Below, piece after piece: positions 10,772-23,471 of a stretch of 64,000 bases of DNA. This stretch comes from Macrostomum lignano. Lineage: Eukaryota. The first letter of the stretch is position 1; every line of letters starts with the position of its first letter. A model generated the notes under the pieces. It did not search any database. It had not been told where the DNA came from and saw only the letters and a program-made list of their open reading frames with translations. The position numbers and the translations under genes were made by a program. The stretch covers positions 62,001 to 126,000 of the forward strand of contig NIVC01002741.1 of assembly GCA_002269645.1 (NCBI GenBank). Direction: 5' to 3'.

Positions 10772-12079
10772 TCATTTATTTTTGTCAGCAGCCGATGCGG
10801 CGGCAGGGGAGGGCAGGACGAAGACGCACTGCTCGGAGCCAAATGGCGAGTTGGCCTTGCCAGCGTGAATGATGGAGGGCAGCTGGAAGCCGGGCTCGTG
10901 CAGGAAAGACCGCTTCACAGCAATGGGGAGGCCGGCTTTGGCCGCCGCCTCCAGGGACTTGCCGCCGAACAGGTTGCGAAAGCTGGCGTCGAGGATCCTG
11001 GGATTGGATTCAACAGAACGCAGGTCCTCGCTCATGATGAACATGGGGATGGTGCCCGGCCGCTCGTGACTGAAGCGACACGTGTTCAGGTAAGCCTGGG
11101 ATCGAATCGGACGCGAGTGGGCGAGTTAATTTACATATGATTCACGAGCATTCACACAGGATTCACGCGCATTCACACAGGAGTCACACAAAATTCACAA
11201 GATTCACGCGCATTCACACAGGATTCACGCGCATTCACACAGGAGTCACACAAAATTCACAAGATTCACGCGCATTCACACAAGATTCACGCGCATTCAC
11301 ACAGGATTCACACAAGATTCACACATGATTCACGCGCATTCACACAGGAGTCACACAAGATTCACACATGATTCACACGAATTCACACATGATTCACGCG
11401 CATTCACACAGGATTCACACAAGATTCACAAGATTCAAACGCAATCACACAGGAGTCACACAAGATTCACACATGATTCACGCGCATTCACACAGGAGTC
11501 ACACAAGATTCACACATGATTCACACGCATTCACACATGATTCACGCGCACTTAAACAGGATTCATGCGCATTCACACATGATTCACGCGCATTCACACG
11601 AATATTCACTAATCCAATTGACATGCGCAGCGAGTTCACACAGAGTCAGGTGAATTTAAACATATAATTATTTTTATCTTCACGCATTCACACGAGTTCA
11701 CAAATTTTGCACTCGCCTGTCCACTTGTCGAGCTGCCCACAGTTCCCAGCACCAGATGAGGCAGAGTTGGCAAGCTGCTGAGATCCCTAGGCGCCTTGGC
11801 ATAGGCCATGTCATCGGCCTTGCTAAACTGAGTGCCCAGATGCTCGGCGAACGCGGCCCAACGCCGGATGTCCTGCAGCCGGTGGCACTGCGGCCGGTGC
11901 CGCTGCCAGTCGCTCCGCTGGCAGTCGCGGCCGCAGTACCAGACGCCGCTGCAGCCGCCGCAGCGCTTGCACTCGGCTGGCCGGCGGCACAGGTTGCAGG
12001 GCAGCTCGGAGGGCAGCCGCAGCGCCGCCGCAATGGACGAGCCGTCCCGACTGGCCGCTGCCGAACTCTCGGAGGCCAT
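10772..12079 (-). CDS. MYND zinc-finger protein with an unassigned C-terminal domain, ~228 aa
   Basis: Exon 12079-11717 encodes CNLC..CKRCGGCSGVWYCGRDCQRSDWQRHRPQC (zf-MYND). Exon 11095-10772 joins in phase 0 through a predicted GC-AG intron (CAG|GCGAGT ... tcccAG). Confidence 0.75.
11135..11620. repeat. ATTCAC(A/G)C-based degenerate array in the MYND gene intron
   Basis: attcacacagg/attcacgcgc/attcacacaag/attcacacatg units. Confidence 0.9.
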
Positions 12080-12249
12080 GCGACCTGCGGCACAAGTTCT
12101 CAAGCCCGAATCTGCTCTAAGTGCGCGGCTGAGATGTGTCTATTTTACACTCTTTCTCACCTGGAATTACAGATCCATTTGGAGCTACTCAATGGGCTGC
12201 TGATTTTTTTCAAATGGCGGTCAATGGGGATCAATAGATTATTCTATGA

Positions 12250-12900
12250 CTGTCTGTGACCAGCCTCATGTGACTGTCAGTGACCCACCTCATCATGCGA
12301 CTGTCAGTGACCAACCTCATGTGACTGTCAGTGGCAAGCCCCATGTGACTGTCAGTGACCCACCTCATCATGACTGTCAGTGACCCACCTCATGTGACTG
12401 TCAGTGACCCACCTAATGTGACTGTCAGTGACCAACCTCATCATGTGACTGTCTGTAACAAGACCCATGTGACTGTCAGTGACCCAGCTCATCATGTGAC
12501 TGTCTGTAACAAGACCCATGTGACTGTCAGTGACCCAGCTCATCATGTGACTGTCTGTAACAAGCCTCATGTGACTGTCTGTAACAAGCCTCATGTGACT
12601 GTCTGTAACAAGCCCCATGTGACTTTCAGTGACCAACCTCATCATGTGACTGTCTGTAACAAGACCCATGTGACTGTCTGTAACAAGACCCATGTGACTG
12701 TCTGTAACAAGACCCATGTGACTGTCAGTGACCAACCTCATCATGTGACTGTCTGTAACAAGACCCATGTGACTTTCAGTGACCAACCTCATGTGACTGT
12801 CTGTAACAAGCCCCATTTGACTGTCATGACCAACCTCATGTGACTGTCAGTGACAAACCCTATGTGACTGTCAGTGACCCACCTCATGTGACTGTCACCT
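12250..12900. repeat. ~21-24 bp minisatellite upstream of the MYND gene
   Basis: catgtgactgtcagtgacccacct and catgtgactgtctgtaacaagacc units. Confidence 0.95.
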
Positions 12901-13175
12901 GTTGCCTGCAATGATCTGTCTATTTTCATGTTTTCATCTATGGCTGCTCTCACGAGATTGAAAATTAACTAACCCACAAGGCACGAAGGCTATCAAGTGT
13001 GCAAAAAGTGACAGTGCTAGAAGCGGTGTTTATTAAAGCTGGTGGCGTTTTGAGAGCTGCAAATTGGAATTATTATTTAAGCTGGAACGAAAGCCGTTAA
13101 CTTTTGCGGGAAGAAGTATACTCGTAGTAGGGGGTGGAATCATGACTGACCAAAATTGAAGTGTCACACGGACAA

Positions 13176-13460
13176 CACAGCTGACACAGCTTACAGCTGA
13201 CACAGCTTACAGCTGACACAGCTTACAGCTGACACAGCTTACAGCTGACACAGCTTACAGCTGACACAGCTTACAGCTGACACAGCTTACAGCTGACACA
13301 GCTTACAGCTGACACAGCTTACAGCTGACACAGCTTACAGCTGACACAGCTTACAGCTGACACAGCTTACAGCTGACACAGCTTACAGCTGACACAGCTT
13401 ACAGCTGACACAGCTTACAGCTGACACAGCTTACAGCTGACACAGCTTACAGCTGACACG
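13176..13460. repeat. Near-perfect 16-bp tandem repeat
   Basis: acagctgacacagctt, ~17 copies. Confidence 0.97.
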
Positions 13461-14079
13461 GACAAAAATCTGTGTCCTATCAAAATTTTAAAGCTAATAA
13501 CAAATGTGACAATCTTACAATTCTTAAAAAAGTACAAAATAAGATAGAAAGGATATAAACGTTTATAAATATATACATAATGTGACGCACGGGGTAAGAA
13601 CAAGGGCAGTGAGCAGCGCATCACAAAGCCTGGCAAGCAGGAGCACAGTCCAAGCAAAGCTGGTGTGAACTTGGTTTGAAACTGAGCGGCCCTGCGCGAA
13701 CATAATGACAATAAATTAGACCGAGAAAGACACACAAAAAGTACGCAAGCACCCGAGGCACAAGTTCGGTCAAGTTCAGACAAGGTCAACTCAGTTTAAT
13801 GTCTGTATACAAATATGGAATGCTTACTAATGAATAGTGCTGCTGACACCATAAAACTATATAACGAGTGCTGTGTTTAAAGCAAAATTTGTTAAGAGAT
13901 ATTAATGCGTTTAAGAGCATAAAAAACTGTGAAAACACACACCGTAAAAAACAAATTCGCGGGAATCTCCAAAACGGGATAAACTGGAAGCCACAACAGT
14001 CAAAGTTAAGATAGATTCTACACACAGGGTAAAAATAAACCGCTAATGATCACGACAACATTACTTATTACGGAAAGTT

Positions 14080-14550
14080 GAGCATGGAAATTCCCGACGT
14101 ACATATGAGAATGGGAATTCCCTACGTACATCTTAGCATGGAAAATCCCTACGTACATCTCAGCATTGGAAAATCCCTACGTACATCTGAGCATGGGAAA
14201 ATCCCTACGTACATCTGAGCATGGAAAATCCCTACGTACATATGAGAATGGGAATTCCCTACGTACATCTGAGCATGGAAAATCCCTACGTACATCTGAG
14301 CATGGGAAATCCCTACGTACATCTCAGCATTGGAAAATCCCTACGTACATCTGAGCATGGGAATTCCCTACGTAAATTTGAGCATAGTAAATCCCTGCGT
14401 ACACAAGCATGGGGATTCCCTATGTACATCTGAGCATGGGAATTCCCTACGTACATCTGAGCATGGGAATTCCCTAGGAACATCTGAGCATGGGAAATCC
14501 CTAGGAACACATGAGCCTGGGAATTCCCTACGAACATCTCAGTATGGGAA
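14080..14550. repeat. 27-bp minisatellite 3' of CerS copy A
   Basis: gagcatgggaaatccctacgtacatct, ~17 copies. Confidence 0.95.
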
Positions 14551-14623
14551 TTCCAACTTTTAAAAATCCGCATCAAAACGATGCTCTCCCATGTTACTAA
14601 CCGTAGACACCATTGAAGTAATT

Positions 14624-15883
14624 TCACAGCCTCTTCTTAAGCTGGGAGTCGCCTTTATCGTCTTGACCGTCCTCAGCGGCGGACATCTCTGAATCGCTGC
14701 GACTGTCCTTTGTATTGGGGTCCTGAGTGACCACGGATAGGGCGATGCGAAGGATAAAGTAGAACCAGATCACGTGCAGCACCTGTAGAACAAGCAGACA
14801 ACCATTAAACATGTACCACGATCTGAAGGGTCCAATAATGGCCCAGCTGTGGAACATGGCACTGTAGACAACCCAGAACGGGTAGATGGTGAGCCTGGTG
14901 ACGATCCAGCAGACCATGAACACCACAAACATCATGTCTCGAAGACGGGTGTTGCTGCTAGCATAGGTCAAGCACTTGGTCAGGTGCATAAACGGATCAA
15001 CCACGTCGTGAATTAGCACGACCAGAGCTCCAATGCGGACATAGTTCAAGCACCAGCTGAAGGACATCAGGCACACAGTGACCACGTGATGGATCAGCAT
15101 CTCCGCAAAATCCTTGTGCTTGACGTCGGTGAAAATGTAGTACATGGCGGACCAGTAGTAGCCCAGGGAGATCATGTAATACCAGTAGATGTCTGCGTCC
15201 ATTGCTTGGTCCGGCCAGCCAATCCAGCAGTACCGGGCATCCCAGAAGTAGTCCTTGCCTGCGTAGAGAGGGTTTCATGTAATAAGTGGTAGAGATTAAA
15301 GCGTTCTAGCAAGAGAGGGAGTCAGGATACAGTCTGGAGGTTTGGGAGGGAAGCTACAAGGATACGGCAAGCAAATGCAGCAGTAGGCGGATTCGAACTC
15401 AAGCACGGCCCCAAACGCACCAACGAGAACGGCGAAGCCATACACCAGAATGCAGCTGTAGTGCAGGAAGAACCACGCGCTCTCCACAAACTTCCTCAGC
15501 GTGGAAGACTTCAGCTGATTTCGCTTCCTGCGAAACCAGTTAGCGACCGATTTGTCCGACCAGCCCAGCTCGCCGGCCAGAGCCGACATCTGATCGACTG
15601 TCGGTCGCCGGTTCAGTCTAAAAATGGCGTCAAGTCGCTTGTTTGGCGTCACTGGCCTGACGGCATCCTTCGGTGCATCGGCGAGGCCCCAGCGCCTGCC
15701 CAGGGGGAACAGCAGGAAGGTCTCAACCAGGTAGCGCAGTAGGCAGAACGCCAGGCCGCACGCCAGCGACATTGTCAGGTGAACTGGCTGCGGCGTCAGC
15801 CGGCCGTCAGGTCTGGAGGCGTATAGGCGAGCCCAGCTGATGTTGGCTGGCAGCCACATCTCCTCGCTCAGCAGGGCGTCCAT
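14624..15883 (-). CDS. CERS: Ceramide synthase (LASS/Lag1, Hox-like + TLC domain), copy A, 365 aa
   Basis: Exons 15883-15421 and 15258-14624 (phase 1). N-terminal WLPANISW, Hox-like region (LAGELGWSDKSVANWFRRKRN), KFVESAWFF, WYYMISLGYYWS, Lag1 motif KHKDFAEMLIHHVVT..GALVVLIHDVVDPF, acidic KDSRSDSE tail. Confidence 0.95.
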
Positions 15884-15964
15884 GCTATCGGGTTTGGGGC
15901 GGCGGCAAGTCTGGCGCAGTCTGTTCACCGATTCTTTGCGGGGCTCCGGGGCGCTGAAACAGGG

Positions 15965-16495
15965 AGTGTTGGCTGGATTGTGCTGACTGTACATCGGGCT
16001 GGCTTGTGCTGAGTGTACATTAGCTGGATTGCACTGAGTGTACATTGGGCTGGCTTGTGCTGAGTGTACGTTGGGCTGGCTTGTGCTGAGTGTACGTTGG
16101 ACAGGGGGTTGGCTGCACTGAGTGTACATTGGGTTGGCTAGCAGTGAGTGTACATTGGGCAGGGGGTTGGCTGGCAGTGAGTGTACATTGGGCAGGGGGT
16201 TGGCTAGCAGTGAGTGTACATTGGACAGGAGTTGGCTAGCAGTGAGTGTACATTCGGCAGGGGTTGGCTAGCAGTGAGTGTACATTGGGCAGGGGTTGGC
16301 TAGCAGTGAGTGTACATTGGGCAGGGGTTGGCTAGCAGTGAGTGTACATTGGGCAGGGGTTGGCTAGCAGTGAGTGTACATTGGGCAGGGGTTGGCTAGC
16401 AGTGAGTGTACATTGGGCAGGGGTTGGCTAGCAGTGACTGTACATTCGGAAGGGGGTTGGCTAGCAGTGAGTGTACATTGGTCAGGGGGTTGGCT
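15965..16495. repeat. TGTACATTGG-family minisatellite upstream of CerS A
   Basis: gcagtgagtgtacattgggcaggggttggcta units (~31 bp) and related units. Confidence 0.95.
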
Positions 16496-17954
16496 GTTAA
16501 GAAATCTCTACATATCAAATTACGTAAAATATTTTGAAGCAACCACTGCGACTTTTCATAGTCCGTGTGAAAACTTTTAAAAAGAAAATGTTTCAGTGTT
16601 GTATTGGGAGCCGGTAATACCTTACAGCGTGCAGTTGATACAGCTTACAGCTGACACGGACAGCCTGCAGCTGACAGACAGCCTGCAGCTGGCAGTCTCA
16701 CTGACACATTTTGAGTAAGTGAAGAGGTAAAAACAGTAAAAAAACGCCACAAATTCAGTTGAAAGAGTAAAAAGCCAAGACATACAAACAGCTGCCAAAT
16801 GACTGACACAGGCACTACGCAGACTAGATAAGGGAGTGCAGTCCGAGTGCACACATTTATGCAAAAAATCTATTAAAAAATCGGATAAAAAAGTTTTAAG
16901 GATTGCAGGTTGCGAACACCAGAGACAGAAGTTGTGTTTTGGTTAGGCAAATTTCATGTACTAATTGAGCAAAATATAATTTTTTATTCGGAATGTTTTA
17001 TCATAATAAGGAAATCTAAATTGTCGAATAATCGACGACAAATTTATTATAAGAGGGAGTAATAAATAGCGTGTTAAACAGTAGAACTACCAAGGGGGAT
17101 TCCCGAGAATTTTTCTTTGCTGCGCTGGAACGGAGCAACGCAGGCACACGGAATGTGAGAACACGGCCCAACTTTTCGTTGCGCACCATCTAAACCAAGA
17201 ACCAAGTCGCCAGCCCTCCAGACCGTCAAGATATATTTCATCAGCACGCACTGCTCTTCACTCAGAGCTTCTGGACCTTCAACAGGTGGCACCAGGTGAC
17301 TGTGGATACCCTGTTGCGATTTTATCTATTTTCGCTGATCAAGCCTCGACAGTGGGCAAACCTTAACTCCTGTACATCCTCAGCGAATCTCTTAAGCATT
17401 CCGTCATCACCCTGATGCCATCAGCACCTTCAACGGGTGGCACAATGCGACTATGGACGCCCTGTTGCAACTATGTCGAATTTCAGACTGTCAAAGGAAC
17501 GCAGTGCTGATTGACGCACAGGGGTGTACTGAATACACCAGTGCTTATAGAAAAAATCAGAGCTTTTGACAGAATCATTGAACATCTCGACGTCCGGAAG
17601 ACAGACGACTTGCTTTTTGTTTTAGAAGGTACGCAACAGAGTTATCTTGAATTTCGTGCGTCTGCGTTGCTCCGTTCCAACTCAGCAAAAAATCGTCAGG
17701 GAAAATCCCCACCCCCCGGTAGTTCGACGAGCGGAAATGTTTTGGTATTACCATTGTTAATCAATTTTTGTACACCCCATACAGACCGACTTTCTATGCA
17801 GCATCAACTAACAGTCTTCACAATGCTAAACACTCCACACCCCAAATCTATCCCTATTTCACAAAAATGAAATTACTAAACAATTCTTTCAAATGTTAGG
17901 ATTGGCTTAGTGAGTTTCACAAGTGACCCAAGAGAGCAGCGGAATTCTATCGCG

Positions 17955-18055
17955 GACCTGAGCATGGGAATCTACTCACAGAATCGAGCATAGGAATCCC
18001 CTTGCAGATCTGAGCATGGGAATCTACTCACAGAATCGAGCATGGGAATCCCCTG
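17955..18055. repeat. Short array related to the 14080-14550 minisatellite, 3' of CerS B
   Basis: About 4 units beginning gagcatgggaat(c). Confidence 0.7.
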
Positions 18056-18116
18056 ATAGACAGCGTTACTATTCACCATAATGAGCTGACAGTTAGAAGG
18101 TGGAATTTCAAAACCC

Positions 18117-20527
18117 TTATTTATGCTTGAAGTCGACTCTATCGTCTAGAACGTCTTCAGTGGCGGACATCTCTGAATCGCTGCGACTATCCTTAGCGTC
18201 GGGGTCCTGAGTGACCACGGATAGGGCGATGCGAAGGATAAAGTAGAACCAGATCACGTGCAGCACCTGTAGAACAAGCAGGCAACCATTAAACATGTAC
18301 CACGATCTGTAGGGTCCAACAATGGCCCAGCTGTGGAACATGGCACTGTTGACAACCCAGAACGGGTAGATGGTGAGCCTGGTGACGATCCAGCAGACCA
18401 TGAACACCACAAACATCATGTCTCGAAGACAGGTGTTGCTGCTAGCATAGGACAAACACTTGGTCAGGTGCATGAACGGATCAACCACGTCGTGTACAAG
18501 AAGAACGAGAGCTCCGATGCGGACATAGTTTAAGCACCAGCTGAAGGACATCAGGCACACAGTGACCACGTGATGGATCAGCATCTCCGCAAAATCCTTG
18601 TGCTTGACGTCGGTGAAAATGTAGTACATGGCGGACCAGTAGTAGCCCAGGGAGATCATGTAATACCAGTAGATGTCCGCGTCCACTGCTTGGTTCGGCC
18701 AGCCAATCCAGCAGTACCGGGCATCCCAGAAGTAGTCCTTGCCTGCGTAGTGAGGGAGATATCAAGGTCAGGGGGAGATTTCAGCGTCCCAAGGAAATAG
18801 ATGTGCCGGGTGGTGGCGTTTCTTGATTCTCACAGCAAAGTGGAATTCAATCGATTTCACTGTTGCACTTATGGCCGAGCCTGCTTCTCGTGTGCCAGAC
18901 GGAGTAACGGTGAGCGCAAAAAACTCCTTGAGAGTCTATACTTCAATCAAGGGCATAACAATGGCATTGCGAATTCGCGGTCAACAGTGTACTGGGGGAC
19001 GCAAAGCAGCTTCAGTGCAAATGCGTTGCGTGCAAAGAACGTTCAGAATCAGATTTTCACACTGAGCTAGCAAAGGTTGCCGACAAAGTGCATTGTGAAA
19101 CCTGCTTGAAGTACCGGACATACGCTCGTAGAACGCTTGGATGTCAGAGGTAGCAATGAACGATGGATTGATCGGTAGGACGTTGTTTATCTTTGATGTA
19201 CGGGTCTATTTGGCTCGATGGATACGGTTTATTGCGATTTCTGAGATTACTCAATGCCCAGAAAGATGAGATTACAGCCCGAATGCATTAGGAATCGTAG
19301 TTCAAAGCCAAGATAAACGTTTGCTGTTTGAACAAGAGACAAATATATTATTTTCTTACCAAAGCTTATACAAAATGGAAGACCCATCTCATGATTTTGA
19401 ACTCTTTCTACACACCAACTATAGGTGAAATGAAAACGGAGGAGTGTCTTAGTTCTGACTGAATCGACGCCAATAAATATTTTATGTTAATAAACGTCAG
19501 CTGCAAGTTCATAAAAAAGCTATCGGCGGATACAAGCGCTTTACTGAGACTGCTACCGACGCGTCAAGTAAAAAATTATACCCAGCTCGGAAAGTACATG
19601 CACAATGGGCTTTTGCAACCTTGACCCCCGGACTCAAGGCTGTCGCAGCACCTGGACTCTGTACAGCATGAAATCGAGAACATCACGATCGGCCTTAATC
19701 AAGTTTACAGACGAAGTGAGGCAACGAAAACATGTTCCTTGCTTACAATCAAGTCATGCCTCCAGCACCAACTACTTCATGACCAAGACTGATGCCATGT
19801 AAGCATTCGATTCAGTAGATGCTTCCCTATGATTGACAAGGAGGTGCCTTTAGCTGGTGCATTGCAATGAAGCGCCTCAGTTGGCGGCATCGACTCGCCA
19901 AGCAGCTTATTCCGAACTACACACCAATATTTCTTTATTAATGAACAATTGTTGGCAGAAAAATTCAGCCGCATCCAGTTTTGACCAATGAAAAATTGCA
20001 TTTCCTTCTCTTGTAAATAGTGCAACAGTACATAAATCGGGGGCAGATCAGGCCCCAAACGCACCAACGAGGACGGCGAAGCCATACACCAGAATGCAGC
20101 TGTAGTGCAGGAAGAACCACGCGCTCTCCACAAACTTCCTCAGCGTGGAAGACTTCAGCTGATTTCGCTTCCTGCGAAACCAGTTAGCGACCGATTTGTC
20201 CGACCAGCCCAGCTCGCCGGCCAGAGCCGACATCTGATCGACTGTCGGTCGCCGGTTCAGTCTAAAAACGGCGTCAAGTCGCTTGTTTGGCGTCACCGGC
20301 CTGACGGCATCCTTCGGTGCATCGGCGAGGCCCCAGCGCCTGCCCAGGGGGAACAGCAGGAAGGTCTCAACCAGGTAGCGCAGTAGGCAGAACGCCAGGC
20401 CGCACGCCAGCGACATTGTCAGGTGAACTGGCTGCGGCGTCAGCCGGCCGTCAGGTCTGGAGGCGTATAGGCGAGCCCAGCTGATGTTGGCTGGCAGCCA
20501 CATCTCCTCGCTCAGCAGGGCGTCCAT
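18117..20527 (-). CDS. CERS: Ceramide synthase, copy B, 362 aa
   Basis: Exons 20527-20065 and 18742-18117 (phase 1, 1322-nt intron). Same motifs as copy A, intact frame. Confidence 0.93.
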
Positions 20528-20609
20528 GCTATCGGGTTTGGGGGCGGCGGCAAGTCTGGCGAAGTCTGTTCACCGATTCTTTGCGGGGCTCCGGGGCGCT
20601 GCAACTGGG

Positions 20610-21670
20610 AGTGTTGGCTGGATTGTGCTGACTGTACATCGGGCTGGCTTGTGCTGAGTGCACATTAGCTGGATTGTGCCAACTGTACATTGGGCTGGCT
20701 TGTGCTGAGTGTACATTGGGCTGGCTTGTGCTGACTGTACATTGGGCTGGCTTGTGCTGAGTGCACATTAGCTGGATTGCACTGAGTGTACATTGGGTTG
20801 GCTAGCAGTGAGTGTACATTGGCTGGATTGTGCTGAATGTAAATTTTGCTGGCTTGTGCTGAGTGTACATTGGTTGGGGTTGGGTCGCAGTGGGTGTACA
20901 TAGGGCTGGATCTCACTGAGTGTACATTGGCTGGCTTGCACTGAGTGTACATTGGACAGGGGTTGGCTAGCAGTAAGTCTACATTGGACAGGGGTTGGCT
21001 AGCAGTGAGTGTACATTGGACAGGGGGTTGGCTAGCAGTGAGTGTACATTGAACAGGGGGTTGGCTAGCAGTGAGTGTAAATTGGACAGGGGTTGGCTAG
21101 CAGTGAGTGTACATTGGACAGGGGTTGGCTAGCAGTGAGTGTACATTGGACAGGGGTTGGCTAGCAGTGAGTGTACATTGGCTGGATTGTGCTGACTGTA
21201 AATTGTGCTGGCTTGTGCTGAGTGTACATTAGCTGGATTGCACTGAGTGTACATTAGGCTGGCTTGTGCTAACTGTACATTTGTTGGGGTTGGGTCGCAG
21301 TGGATGTACATAGGGCTGGATCTCACTGAGTGTACATTGGCTGGCTTGCACTGAGTGTACATTGGACAGGGGTTGGCTAGCAGTGAGTGTACATTGGACA
21401 GGGGTTGGCTAGCAGTGAGTGTACATTGGACAGGGGTTGGCTAGCAGTGAGTGTACATTGGACAGGGTTTGGCTAGCAGTGAGTGTACATTAGACAGGGG
21501 TTGGCTAGCAGTGAGTGTACATTGGACAGGGGTTGGCTAGCAGTGAGTGTACATTGGACAGGGTTTGGCTAGCAGTGAGTGTACATTAGACAGGGGTTGG
21601 CTAGCAGTGAGTGTACATTAGACAGGGGTTGGCTAGCAGTGAGTGTACATTAGACAGGGTTTGGCTAGCA
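20610..21670. repeat. TGTACATTGG-family minisatellite upstream of CerS B
   Basis: Same family as 15965-16495, about twice as long. Confidence 0.95.
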
Positions 21671-22549
21671 AAAGAGTGAGTTTAGAAAACACGGAAGTCA
21701 AAGGCAGATGAGGCGCAGTCGTATTACAATGATCGTTTATTACAGACTATAAGCGCAGTGTGACCCAACAGGACCAATACTCGAGGCGATTAAATAGCGA
21801 AGCTAATAAACAAAAAATCGATAAGAATAACAATAAAACATCGGACAGATTCGATAAGATATAATTAACAAAATTTCAGGGAACAAGTATGTATATATTA
21901 TGCATAGCTTGACAGACTGAGACGCCAGGTGCGCTAAATGAACTAGGAATTGTAATTAAAAGGTCCGAAATGTAAAGCAGCTCATACTTTTACATAAAAA
22001 TGGTGCAGCGATAATGAAAAACGCGAATTACCAACATCTGCGATAAAACTGCTAAGTGGAGCAGCGAGAGTAGCAATGCAAGTAAAAAATTCTCCTTCCA
22101 GCGAATAATCAATAAATCATAAACAATAAGCCGCTAAACTACTTTTAACCTAACACAGGCTTTGCAAAGCGAGAATTGCTCTACTGGCAGTAGTAAGAAG
22201 AGAATTTCATCTCTGTTTGGGATATATATAGAGCTAAAACTTGCAGAGCATGGCAAGTTAGGTAGATATTTCCAATTGAAAAGAAACTTCTGATGACTAG
22301 GCATTATGCACAGTGCGTACGCCTGCAAAGCATTGGTTACGACGGGAAATAAACAAAGCAATGAAAATAATTTCTACTTATGGTTAAAAGTTGCTAGTAG
22401 TATATATTGCGCATGTGAACTGCGAGAGCGAGTGGGCGGCTCTGGCGAAGAATTGCTGCAAAAGTCTTCGGAGCGACCTTGCCGCCTCATTGGTTCCAGG
22501 TTTTGGCTTCTGCAAGTGAAATTTCAGTATGGGATGACTTATTTGCTAT

Positions 22550-23452
22550 TGGAAATGACAGGCCTGAAGGAACAGGAAATGACAGGCCTGAAGGAACAGG
22601 AAATGACAGGCCTGAAGGAACAGGAAATGACAGGCCTGAAGGAACAGGAAATGACAGATCTGAACAGGAAATGGCAGGCAGCAACAGGAAATGACAGGCC
22701 TGAAGGAACAGGAAATGACAGGCCTGAAGGAACAGGAAATGACAGGCCTGAAGGAACAGGAAATGACAGGCTTGAAGAAAAAGGAAATGAAGGCCTGAAG
22801 GAACAGGAAATGACAAACCTGAAGGAACAGGAAATGACAGGCCTGAAGGAACAGGAAATGACAAACCTGAAGGAACAGGAAATGACAGGCTTGAAGGAAC
22901 AGGAAATGACAGGCCTGAAGGAACAGGAAATGACAGGCTTGAAGGAACAGGAAATAACAGGCCTGAAGGAACAGGAAATGACAGGCCTGAAGGAACAGGA
23001 AATGACAGATCTGAACAGGAAATGGCAGGCAGCAACAGGAAATGACAGGCCTGAAGGAACAGGAAATGACAGGCCTGAAGGAACAGGAAATGACAGGCCT
23101 GAAGGAACAGGAAATAACAGGCCTGAAGGAACAGGAAATGACAGGCCTGAAGGAACAGGAAATGACAGATCTGAACAGGAAATGGCAGGCAGCAACAGGA
23201 AATGACAGGCCTGAAGGAACAGGAAATGACAGGCCTGAAGGAACAGGAAATGACAGGCCTGAAGGAACAGGAAATGACAGGCCTGAAGGAACAGGAAATG
23301 ACAGGTCTGAAGGAACAGGAAATAACAGGCCTGAAGGAACAGGAAATGACAGGCCTGAAGGAACAGGAAATGACAGGCCTGAAGGAACAGGAAATGACAG
23401 GCCTGAAGGAACAGGAAATGACAGGTCTGAAGGAACAGGAAATGACAGACCT
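22550..23452. repeat. 24-bp minisatellite immediately 3' of the TBC1D24-like stop
   Basis: gaaatgacaggcctgaaggaacag, ~36 copies with 3 recurring interrupt blocks. Confidence 0.97.
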
Positions 23453-23471
23453 ACCAGTTACAGCCAGCAGT

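Noticed and set aside
17511-17870. 119 aa ORF between the CerS copies
   Set aside because: TTG start, no recognisable motif, lies among degenerate fragments.
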